The notes beneath the pieces are model-generated. The model made no database searches and was not told the origin of the DNA. It saw only the letters and a list, made by a program, of their open reading frames with translations. A stretch of DNA of 20,000 nt. Source: an uncultured virus (IMG/VR IMGVR_UViG_3300034082_002096) (lineage: Duplodnaviria > Heunggongvirae > Uroviricota > Caudoviricetes). This document shows positions 8,311-16,105 of the stretch, in pieces. The position numbers and the translations under genes are program-made. The stretch lies in the IMG/VR virus record IMGVR_UViG_3300034082_002096; one strand, written 5' to 3'. Position 1 is the stretch's first letter. Every line of letters begins with the position of its first letter.

Positions 8311-8391
8311 TTAAGATATTCCTTATTGATATAAATTTTTAGAAAAAAGCTTCATGATGTACCTTCTAGAGTGAGATAACTTTCTTACCTC

Positions 8392-8420
8392 ACTCTAGTA
8401 GATGTTTATCACACTGTCAA
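8392..8420 (-). promoter_or_regulatory. Sigma70-like promoter TTGACA-17-TAGAGT; the -35 overlaps the nadE stop codon and the -10 lies in a hairpin arm (8366-8398)
   Basis: Direct reading; IR ctagagtgag/ctcactctag. Confidence 0.7.
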
Positions 8421-9235
8421 CATGAATATGCAACAGGCCAATTTCTTTTGTGGCGAGTTTTTTCATACTGTGCGACAATTTTAGCAACTACTTCATCACT
8501 AACAGATTTTCCTTCTAGAAAATCATCTAGATCATCATATGAAAAACCAAGAGCAACTTCGTCTGCAAGTTGTGGGCGAATTTCTTCTAAGTCAGCAGTT
8601 GGTGTCTTCGAATAAAGTTTTTCTGGAACCCCAATTGCTTCTGCTAATTTACGAACTTGCCTTTTGCTAAGACCATTTAATACAGTGATATCACATGCTT
8701 GATCGCCCCATTTGGTATAAAATGCAGGAACTAATTCAGAATTATGATCAGTTCCTACTACAAGACAATTCCGCAAACCTGCAATTTCATATTGAGCAAG
8801 CATACGCATTCGTGCTTTGACGTTTCCTTTGTGGAAGTCAAGTAATCCACGATCAGAACATAAACCAGTCAATTGTGAATGAATAGAGTTAGTTGCAAGT
8901 TCGATACCAACTGTTATACGATAGTCTGGATTAATAAACTTCAATGCAGATTGTGCATCATCTTCGTCTTTTTGAATATCATAAGGAAGTCGAACTGCAT
9001 AAAAATATGCAGCATATCCTTCATTCTGTAATTCAATGCAAGCAATCTGACATAGTTTTCCGGCAGTGGTAGAATCTACTCCACCACTAATACCTAAAAC
9101 ATATCCATTTAATTTTGAAGATTTTAGGTATTCTTTTAGATAATCAATACGAAGTCTTGCTTCTTGTTTAAAGTCTATTGTTTCTGTTTCTCGCACTCCG
9201 TGAAGTGCGAGAATTTCCTGTGTTATTGTATTCAT
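8417..9235 (-). CDS. nadE: NH3-dependent NAD+ synthetase family protein (no glutaminase domain)
   Basis: Motifs LGISGGVDS, GNVKARMRM, GTDH..E...FYTKWGD, PTADLE, DEVALG.SY, HKR. ATG at 9235 chosen; the track start at 9247 is TTG. Confidence 0.92.
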   Translation of the reverse strand: MNTITQEILALHGVRETETIDFKQEARLRIDYLKEYLKSSKLNGYVLGISGGVDSTTAGKLCQIACIELQNEGYAAYFYAVRLPYDIQKDEDDAQSALKFINPDYRITVGIELATNSIHSQLTGLCSDRGLLDFHKGNVKARMRMLAQYEIAGLRNCLVVGTDHNSELVPAFYTKWGDQACDITVLNGLSKRQVRKLAEAIGVPEKLYSKTPTADLEEIRPQLADEVALGFSYDDLDDFLEGKSVSDEVVAKIVAQYEKTRHKRNWPVAYSC

Positions 9236-9256
9236 AATCTTATCCAATCTTCTAAA

Positions 9257-10300
9257 TTAATATGTTGGAATAAAACGTTTGATGATATGGTAATGGTCAA
9301 ATGCCATCATTTCGCTAGTAACATCACTTAGTTTAACCCATTCTGCATGTTTTGCATCATCCGAACCTTTTACTTTTGGCAACTTTTCATCGGGATATCC
9401 CAAATCAATATGGAAACCATGTGTAATAACACGTCCACGAGGATCGCGGTCAGGATGATCAAAAACTTCTATCGCTTTGATAGAACCTTTAAGAACCTTG
9501 TCAGGAACTTTTAGTTTTGTTTCTTCACGAAGTTCTTTAATCATATTTTCTACGATAAATTTACCTTTATCAAGATACCCACCAGGGAGTGCCCAACAAT
9601 CTTTGAATGGGAAACCTCCGCGTTTGATTAGAAGAACATATCCACTTTGTGTAATAACCGCATCGGTAGTAACAAATACAGAAGGAAAGTTAAATCCCTT
9701 CATTTGTGACTTTTCACGGTATTCTTTGATTTGGTTATATTCTGCCTTCAACGATGGAAACCAATCGCCTTTAAGAAGAATACTATCTAATTCATGCCGT
9801 GTAGCAAGATGCATTTTATCTGCACTCATGAAAAACCGTTCATCAGAAAAAAGGTCTTCACGAATATCAGTTGCATTAATGCCATCGACATTTGCAACTT
9901 CAACATGATCCCGCCAATCTGGAAAAATGTTTAGATAATATGAAGAACTATCTTTGGAATGACCAATCAATCCAGCTTTTGTGCCAGTTTTAATTCCATT
10001 TACTACCGATTGAACCGCAGAAACCCAAGCATTATCGTCGTATGGATAATCCATTACGCCTACGATCTTGATTCTGCTTGTATGAATATCAGAACGCAAT
10101 GAGTAGGCAGATTCAATCATTGCCTTACGTTCTTGAAATGTAAATGGATTTTTTGTGCTACGTGGTTGAAAACTTGAACCCACGACTAGAACAACTTCTT
10201 TTGCTTGTTCTAGAGCGGCATCAATTACCGCTTTGTGTCCATTGTGGAAAGGTTGAAACCTTCCACAAAAAACTAATGTATCATATTTTTCTTTTGCCAT
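9257..10300 (-). CDS. nadM: Bifunctional NMN adenylyltransferase / Nudix hydrolase (NadM-Nudix, NatV-like)
   Basis: GRFQPFHNGH, NPFT..ER, GHSKDSSSYYL, INATDIR; C-terminal Nudix WALPGG...ELREETKL, DHPDRDPRGR, GSDDA, AFDH; RBS AAGGAG. Confidence 0.93.
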   Translation of the reverse strand: MAKEKYDTLVFCGRFQPFHNGHKAVIDAALEQAKEVVLVVGSSFQPRSTKNPFTFQERKAMIESAYSLRSDIHTSRIKIVGVMDYPYDDNAWVSAVQSVVNGIKTGTKAGLIGHSKDSSSYYLNIFPDWRDHVEVANVDGINATDIREDLFSDERFFMSADKMHLATRHELDSILLKGDWFPSLKAEYNQIKEYREKSQMKGFNFPSVFVTTDAVITQSGYVLLIKRGGFPFKDCWALPGGYLDKGKFIVENMIKELREETKLKVPDKVLKGSIKAIEVFDHPDRDPRGRVITHGFHIDLGYPDEKLPKVKGSDDAKHAEWVKLSDVTSEMMAFDHYHIIKRFIPTY

Positions 10301-10330
10301 CCTAAAACTCCTTTAGCAGATGTATTACTA

Positions 10331-10359
10331 TTTATAGCACGTTTTGGTGCCAGTGTCAA
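10331..10359 (-). promoter_or_regulatory. Sigma70-like promoter TTGACA-17-TATAAA (extended -10 TG) driving nadM-nadE
   Basis: Intergenic, upstream of the AAGGAG RBS; the -10 region also reads TATAAATA. Confidence 0.8.
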
Positions 10360-10366
10360 GACTTTT

Positions 10367-10468
10367 TTATTTTTTTAGAGATTGATATGCATTGTTCGCT
10401 AGGCTTTTTCTTCCCAGATACAGCACATATTCATACGCCACTGTTAGGACAATAAAAATCTTTTCCAT
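10367..10468 (-). CDS. Possible 33-aa hydrophobic micropeptide; not in the ORF track
   Basis: MEKIFIVLTVAYEYVLYLGRKSLANNAYQSLKK*; fills the gap but has no clear RBS. Confidence 0.35.
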   Translation of the reverse strand: MEKIFIVLTVAYEYVLYLGRKSLANNAYQSLKK

Positions 10469-10474
10469 TTAATT

Positions 10475-10702
10475 TCATTGTTTGTTAATCTTTGTATATT
10501 CTTTATAAACATACATTACTGCACGGAAAACAAGATATGCTACCGTAGAAATCACTTCCATAAAACCGATAAGCAGCAATGTCAAGAACAATGCAGAAAT
10601 AGGATCAAAAGGATCAAATCCTATAAAAAAACAACACAAGAATATCAGAAAATAGACTAGCAGGTTCCAGCCTGATTCAACCAGTTTTTGATTATCAAAC
10701 AT
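10475..10702 (-). CDS. Small membrane protein (about 75 aa, 2 TM); start revised to MFDNQK
   Basis: Two long hydrophobic segments; ATG 1 nt after the upstream stop. Confidence 0.65.
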   Translation of the reverse strand: MFDNQKLVESGWNLLVYFLIFLCCFFIGFDPFDPISALFLTLLLIGFMEVISTVAYLVFRAVMYVYKEYTKINKQ

Positions 10703-10703
10703 T

Positions 10704-11723
10704 TTATTCATCCTCTTCTTCATAATCTTCGTCATATTCGCGTTCACGTTCTTTGACGATATCCGCAGTGATTTTATTCAGAAGTTTATATTCTGCATAT
10801 TCTTCACTTTGAGAACCTTGATGCATAACAGGCAACCAGACCTTGCGAGTGCTTTCCATGAAAGAATTAACCATAGAACCAATCATAGCCTCACGCATAA
10901 GAGCATATGCTAGTTCTTTGTCACCCTCCATATATTCGACAATGATCGCATCACGAACATCTGCAATGTCAGAAAACCCACCATCTGAATAGCCGTTACC
11001 AAATGCATGACCAAAAATATCACCTAGAATATGGCTAAAACGTGGTCCAAAAAAGCCTCTATATTTAATAGATGCAAAAGCACGTTTGAATTCTGCAAGT
11101 TCTTCTTCGCTAAGATTTTCCTTTGGTTGAATAGATGTAAATTCTTTCAATTCGCTAGCACATACAGCCATATATTCTGGAATGAACTCTGCCAGCTTTG
11201 CATACGTCACGTTTTTGAAATAGTATTGATCAGTCTCAAATCCATCTGGAATTGGAACCTCTTTCATTTTATACATATCAAAGGTCCATTCGTTCCAAAG
11301 ACGATCAACTGCATCTTTCCGAATCATAGTAAAGAAAACATCTTTAGTCTTTGATTGGCCTTCATAACCACGAAGAGGATTTGTAAACATAAGACGTTTT
11401 TCATGACATGCTTCAAAGAACATATCAACATCAAAACCTTCACGTTTTACCGCAATGTCATGATATTGATTTTCGCCAACATCAAGTTCAACAAGTTGTT
11501 CACGAATACCTTCAATCAGATATGGAAGTGCAACACCACTGCAATCTTCGCCTGCACCGTAGTCATTATATTTTGCACGAAATGGCAAAACACTAGGACG
11601 ATAAAGTGCACTAGAATAGCAAAAGCTATCACGATAAGATTCTACAATAGGAAAGACAAAAATATCTGTTCCTACAACAATAGGCAGTTCAGTAAGTCCG
11701 CAAGTTCCGTTCCAGCAACCCAT
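10704..11723 (-). CDS. Hypothetical phage protein (339 aa) with N-terminal MGCWNGTCGLTELPI and YNDYG motifs and an acidic tail
   Basis: ORF track; AAGGA RBS; own promoter. Confidence 0.85.
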   Translation of the reverse strand: MGCWNGTCGLTELPIVVGTDIFVFPIVESYRDSFCYSSALYRPSVLPFRAKYNDYGAGEDCSGVALPYLIEGIREQLVELDVGENQYHDIAVKREGFDVDMFFEACHEKRLMFTNPLRGYEGQSKTKDVFFTMIRKDAVDRLWNEWTFDMYKMKEVPIPDGFETDQYYFKNVTYAKLAEFIPEYMAVCASELKEFTSIQPKENLSEEELAEFKRAFASIKYRGFFGPRFSHILGDIFGHAFGNGYSDGGFSDIADVRDAIIVEYMEGDKELAYALMREAMIGSMVNSFMESTRKVWLPVMHQGSQSEEYAEYKLLNKITADIVKEREREYDEDYEEEDE

Positions 11724-11747
11724 AGTATTTTCCTTTTCTATATTCCA

Positions 11748-12455
11748 TTACTTATTCATAGCATCCTTGATTGCTTGTGTCAAGTCAGAAACCTTAACAA
11801 GCAAATCATTCAGTTCATTTCGTCTTGCAATTTCTTCATCAATTATGTCTTGTGCCCATTGAATAGTATAATTAATTCCAATAATAACATCATCCCAAAA
11901 CTGGACATGATCTTTATCGCTTTTTTTATTTTTCTCAATATTATTAATAAATGATTTCATAAAATTGAGAGAACCTTCGGCAGCTTTTACTTTCTCACAT
12001 TTATAAAGACTTATACTTTCACGCAAAATGTTTTCAAAGTTTTTCCTAGCTTCTTCTGGGTAACGCAATGCATCTAGATCAGCCCTGATTATAGGAGAAA
12101 AACTAGAATAAATTACACGATGATCTTGTGTTGCCATGATCAACGCAACTACATGCCCTTCATTTAGAGCATTTAAATTGCATCCGCTATACATTTCTTT
12201 CATATCTGAAAACATAATTGCACTACGATATTCTTTTTCTGGTTTTTCGTCATATACAATATCATGAAACAAAACTGCCCAATCTAGGCATTCGTCATAA
12301 GGATGATTGATAGAATCCAAATACTCATACATTCGCTCAATATGTGAAAGATTGTGGTAGAACAGACCGCGTTCACAAAAATTATCAAGAATTGTTTGAA
12401 TAGCTTTTTGTGCTAGTTCTGTATGAGTTATTTTAGACCATTTAAACAATTTCAT
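11748..12455 (-). CDS. HD-superfamily metal-dependent phosphohydrolase (COG4339-like); start revised to MKLFKW
   Basis: YHNLSHI...FHDIVY...E..SA...ADL motifs; GAGGA RBS before ATG at 12455. Confidence 0.82.
   Translation of the reverse strand: MKLFKWSKITHTELAQKAIQTILDNFCERGLFYHNLSHIERMYEYLDSINHPYDECLDWAVLFHDIVYDEKPEKEYRSAIMFSDMKEMYSGCNLNALNEGHVVALIMATQDHRVIYSSFSPIIRADLDALRYPEEARKNFENILRESISLYKCEKVKAAEGSLNFMKSFINNIEKNKKSDKDHVQFWDDVIIGINYTIQWAQDIIDEEIARRNELNDLLVKVSDLTQAIKDAMNK
11755..11783 (-). promoter_or_regulatory. Sigma70-like promoter TTGACA-17-TATGAA (extended -10 TG) within the 3' end of the HD gene
   Basis: Exact -35 with a 17-bp spacer, about 30 nt upstream of the next start codon. 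Confidence 0.6.
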
Positions 12456-13197
12456 CTTCCTTTTTAATAAATTCTTCACGTTCTTTGTGTGTCATCGTTG
12501 AACAAAAATCAGTAGGATCAATTTGTTTAATTTTTGTTCTAATGGCAGGACCATATTCTGTGGCAACTTCTGTTGAAACTCGTTTGTAAATAGTCCCATA
12601 TTGGTAATTATATTGAAGATCATCCCATTTGGTATTAAAATTCACAATAAGATCAGCAATCATTTCTTGCTGATTTTTATTCTTCATTCTTGAATGACCA
12701 GCAGTCCACCGATACAAACAGCTTACGCTATTCTTTCGACAGTCATGAATACGCCATAGCAGCGTATTTGCAGCTTCTGTAAGGCTAGAAACAGCCCAAC
12801 TACGACAATCAAAAAATGCAAGCTTTTCATAAGCAACATGCTCATTTGAGTGCATATAATTATTGAAATACGCAGTAGCCATTGATGCCAAAATCGAATT
12901 GATTTTGCTTACTTTTCCACCAAAGATATGTTCATCACCAGTAGGAACAAAAATCAAAGTAATTTCATCAGATTGGGTGTACGACAGCGTTGCGTTGGTT
13001 TGTTCAACTAAATATTGGGAAGTTTCAGTCATTGCGTCAAGCATTCGTTCATCAAAAGGTTTGGTAAATCCTTTGGTATATTTTGAGAATTTCTTTCCAT
13101 CAATACGAACACAAAGAATATCAGGATGAGTAACCCGCATAGAAGTATATGCGGATTCCAATTGTTTCATACGATCACCAAAATCATCATTTTTCAT
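12442..13197 (-). CDS. thg1: tRNA(His) guanylyltransferase Thg1-like protein (3'-5' polymerase family)
   Basis: GDRMK..E, RIDGKKFSKYT..F.KPFD, YTQSDEITL, FGGKVSK, FDCR, WR..DC.KNS motifs. Confidence 0.92.
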   Translation of the reverse strand: MKNDDFGDRMKQLESAYTSMRVTHPDILCVRIDGKKFSKYTKGFTKPFDERMLDAMTETSQYLVEQTNATLSYTQSDEITLIFVPTGDEHIFGGKVSKINSILASMATAYFNNYMHSNEHVAYEKLAFFDCRSWAVSSLTEAANTLLWRIHDCRKNSVSCLYRWTAGHSRMKNKNQQEMIADLIVNFNTKWDDLQYNYQYGTIYKRVSTEVATEYGPAIRTKIKQIDPTDFCSTMTHKEREEFIKKEDEIV

Positions 13198-13209
13198 TTG
13201 TTTTAATTC

Positions 13210-14214
13210 CTATTGTAGTTTGTTAATATAATTGATTGCTTGTTGCTCTCTTGCTGCAAAGTCTTTGCTATCAATGATAGTATATGATTTTTTATGTTCT
13301 ATCAAGATAGCAGTCAGATTGTTGAAAAATCTTTCACGTTTTTCTTGATCGCCCAAGATGCGAGTTCCATCGTTTACCCATTTTACTGTTGGAGCAAGAA
13401 CAATATAATGATCAATTTCTTGATTTTTACCATATTCAAGAATTTCTTCAGTATATTCATCAAGATAAATTTTACTGAAAAGATAAGTTACATATGCTTC
13501 TGTATCAATGAATAAGTATGGAGACCTTCCTTTATTGATTGCAATATCAATTAATGCCTGTTGGCCTTCTGTGATTTGCATAAAATCATCTTTTGTCAGA
13601 TCATTCTTCTTCGCCTCACTAAGAGTTCGCCCATATTCGTGAACAATATTTCCATTATAGTGATGTGCAAGATTTTTAACCATTGTTGATTTGCCAGAAC
13701 TTTCTGGACCAACAATAGCAATCTTTTTTGTAAAATATGGTTTTGCAACATTAGAAATATATTGAAAATATTTGATAGGATTGCTACGAATTTTGGTAGC
13801 ACTAATTTCAAACATTTCACGAAGTGGATCAACTGGCATCCATTCAATACCAAGCAAGTCAGCCATGGTTTGTCCATAGAAATCGCTTGACACAAAGTGC
13901 GTAGCATGTGGTGCCATGCGAGTGAATTCATTTTTCCAATATTCTTGATATTCTGAATCAAGAACTGTTCCATGTTCGTCCACATTGATTGGAGTAGGAG
14001 ATTCGTCAGTATGATCATGAACAAAAACATTAGGCAAATGCCCATATTTTTCATTTACCCATGCCCAACGGACAGACAGAGGAATAACGTCAGTTTCTTT
14101 ACCAGAAACAATAATATTGAGTTCATTGCACATAGCAATTCCAAATTCAATCATAAGTTCATGACCAACATGAAGTGGCATGAATTTTCCAATAGTGATA
14201 CCGATGTTATTCAT
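13210..14214 (-). CDS. nadR: NadR-type bifunctional NMN adenylyltransferase / nicotinamide riboside kinase, lacking the N-terminal HTH
   Basis: GKFMPLHVGH, ISATKIR, Walker A GPESSGKST, EYGR, FIDTE, WVNDGTR. Confidence 0.92.
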   Translation of the reverse strand: MNNIGITIGKFMPLHVGHELMIEFGIAMCNELNIIVSGKETDVIPLSVRWAWVNEKYGHLPNVFVHDHTDESPTPINVDEHGTVLDSEYQEYWKNEFTRMAPHATHFVSSDFYGQTMADLLGIEWMPVDPLREMFEISATKIRSNPIKYFQYISNVAKPYFTKKIAIVGPESSGKSTMVKNLAHHYNGNIVHEYGRTLSEAKKNDLTKDDFMQITEGQQALIDIAINKGRSPYLFIDTEAYVTYLFSKIYLDEYTEEILEYGKNQEIDHYIVLAPTVKWVNDGTRILGDQEKRERFFNNLTAILIEHKKSYTIIDSKDFAAREQQAINYINKLQ

Positions 14215-14226
14215 CTTAGCGAATCC

Positions 14227-15420
14227 TTATGCGATCATAGTCTTTATACGATGTTCTTCATCCGCTGTCAATAGACGAAATTCAGTATGTCCATCAAATG
14301 GAGAAGTGAATTGATACGTTTCGCCTATTTTTAATAGTTCTGTTTCAAGATGCAAAACATTTTCATTTTCAAACACTTTCCATTTTTTAACATGTGGAGT
14401 TAGATTTCCTGCTTTACTAACTTTGTTAATTCGTTTTTCTACAGTATAATGATTACTTACACCAATTTTCCATAATTGTGGATTTTCAATTGTATTCCAC
14501 ATATATAATGTATCTATCAAAACCATGGTTTCCATATGTGAGCATATTTCATCTAACCACTTTTGTTTTAATGCCTTCATATAATGCGAGTTATATTTAT
14601 TTTGAAATTCTTTTCTACTGTCACATAATAATGCCTTCTCGTAACATTCTTGTTTGCTCCAGTAATTTTTTTTTAAATACGGCATATGTGAACATATTTC
14701 ATCTAACCAGCCTTTTTTATAAGCAGTAGTATAATGTGAACGGTATTTATCTATAAATTCACGTCTGTTATTACAGAGTAGCGATTTTTCATGACATTCT
14801 TCTTTAGTCCAAAAGTTTATTTTTATTTCCATATGAGAACATATTTCATCTAACCACTTTTGTTTTAATGCCTTCAAATAATGCGAGTTATATTTATCTT
14901 GAAATTCGTTTCTACCGTCACATAATAATGCCTTCTCGTGGCATTCTTCTTTAGTCCAAAAGTTTATTTTTATTTCCATATGAGAACATATTTCATCTAA
15001 CCACTTTTGTTTTAATGCCTTTCCATAATGTAAACGGTATTTATTTTGAAATTCACGTCTGTTATTACAGAGTAGCGATTTTTCATGACATTCTTTTTTG
15101 GTCCAATTATTTCTTAGTATTTCCATATGAGAACATATTTCATCTAGCCAATTTTTATCTCTTGCTTTATTATAATATGAACTATATTTATTTTTAAATT
15201 CATTTCGCGTAATACACAACAATGCTTTCTCGTGACATTCTTCTTTAGTCCAATAATTTTTTAAAGTTTCCATATGCGAACATATTTCATCTAACCACTT
15301 TTGTTTTATTGCCTTATGATAATGAGATGCATACTTTGTTTTAAACTCATTTCTAACAGTGCACAGCAATGCCTTTGCATGGCATTCTTCTTTAGTCCAA
15401 AAATTTCTAACTTTATTCAT
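14227..15420 (-). CDS. Tandem-repeat protein with C-terminal GIY-YIG-like (T5orf172/MUG113-type) nuclease domain; putative free-standing homing endonuclease
   Basis: Six repeats W[TS]K.EC..K.LLC..R.EF..KY...Y..A....WLDEICSHM, then LYMW...WKIGVS...KRI...LE..L...FDGHTEF. Confidence 0.72.
   Translation of the reverse strand: MNKVRNFWTKEECHAKALLCTVRNEFKTKYASHYHKAIKQKWLDEICSHMETLKNYWTKEECHEKALLCITRNEFKNKYSSYYNKARDKNWLDEICSHMEILRNNWTKKECHEKSLLCNNRREFQNKYRLHYGKALKQKWLDEICSHMEIKINFWTKEECHEKALLCDGRNEFQDKYNSHYLKALKQKWLDEICSHMEIKINFWTKEECHEKSLLCNNRREFIDKYRSHYTTAYKKGWLDEICSHMPYLKKNYWSKQECYEKALLCDSRKEFQNKYNSHYMKALKQKWLDEICSHMETMVLIDTLYMWNTIENPQLWKIGVSNHYTVEKRINKVSKAGNLTPHVKKWKVFENENVLHLETELLKIGETYQFTSPFDGHTEFRLLTADEEHRIKTMIA
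14243..14271 (-). promoter_or_regulatory. Sigma70-like promoter TTGACA-17-TATAAA for nadR, embedded in the last codons of the repeat nuclease gene
   Basis: Exact -35, 17-bp spacer, about 30 nt upstream of the nadR ATG with its AAGGA RBS. Confidence 0.7.
14521..15405 (-). repeat. Six in-frame tandem repeats of 147 bp (one of 150 bp)
   Basis: Recurrent acatatttcatcta[a/g]cca-like DNA blocks; 49-aa protein period. Confidence 0.95.
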
Positions 15421-15592
15421 CTTTTACATCTACGATCATATCAGAGTTAAACCAGCAAGTATTTTCACCACAAATCCAAATTTTCTTTGGATAATTTTCA
15501 AATTCAATTTGAGTTATTGTAAAGTATTCATCTGGATTCAATACTGTGATCGGATGAGATACTTTTACTTTTGATCCAACTTTAACGTTCAT
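15413..15592 (-). CDS. Small SH3-like hypothetical protein (about 59 aa); start revised to MNVKVGSKV
   Basis: ORF track 15413..15634; short overlaps with both neighbours. Confidence 0.65.
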   Translation of the reverse strand: MNVKVGSKVKVSHPITVLNPDEYFTITQIEFENYPKKIWICGENTCWFNSDMIVDVKDE

Positions 15593-16046
15593 TTGATTTT
15601 GCCCATTCTTCCATGTCCGCATACATCTGTTCATATTCTTGGTTTACCCGATTATATTCAGTAATATAATCTTGAACTGTATCGCAATAGCCAACCACTT
15701 GGTAGCCATTATATGATCTATTATCGCCCAAAGATTTTTTATACAACTGCATAAAGTTTGTTTCATTTTTCCAAATGAATACTACCATTGGGCTATGAAT
15801 TTTTGTTTTTACAAAAGTAACGTCACCATCATCAAAAAGAGCATGATGCAATGTGCGATACATTCCAACAAATCCTTCAAGCGTGTAGCAGCTACTTGCG
15901 AAGGGATCATGGAACACAGAATGAGCATTAATGTCATTTTCAACCATCCATTTGAAAAGCAATGCTGCATCGTTTTCGCCTCTCATGATTTCATGATAAA
16001 CTTCTTTCGCGTCATTAAATTGTTTTTCAAATTGAGCAAGGTTCAT
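15582..16046 (-). CDS. Hypothetical protein (154 aa)
   Basis: ORF track; preceded by a promoter. Confidence 0.75.
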   Translation of the reverse strand: MNLAQFEKQFNDAKEVYHEIMRGENDAALLFKWMVENDINAHSVFHDPFASSCYTLEGFVGMYRTLHHALFDDGDVTFVKTKIHSPMVVFIWKNETNFMQLYKKSLGDNRSYNGYQVVGYCDTVQDYITEYNRVNQEYEQMYADMEEWAKSNER

Positions 16047-16075
16047 CGCGATTCTACCCTATAATTAGTAGCCTA

Positions 16076-16103
16076 CTTATAGCATACCTACAATATACGT
16101 CAA
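16076..16103 (-). promoter_or_regulatory. Sigma70-like promoter TTGACG-16-TATAAG (extended -10 TG)
   Basis: Intergenic, direct reading. Confidence 0.7.
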
Positions 16104-16105
16104 GG

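Noticed and set aside
10329..10336. T4-type late promoter TATAAATA
   Set aside because: It coincides with the -10 of a well-spaced sigma70 promoter, and one occurrence in AT-rich DNA is not enough.
9477..11954. Plus-strand ORFs 9477..9908, 11031..11354, 11355..11954 and other short plus-strand ORFs
   Set aside because: They lie opposite well-supported minus-strand genes and have atypical composition.
13596..14054. 152-aa alternative-frame minus-strand ORF
   Set aside because: Entirely nested in nadR, which has intact motifs.
13210..14214. NadR as transcriptional repressor of the NAD genes
   Set aside because: The protein starts directly with the NMNAT domain and has no HTH.
14521..15405. 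Possible CRISPR array
   Set aside because: The units are 147-bp in-frame coding repeats, similar along their whole length, with no unique spacers and no cas genes nearby.
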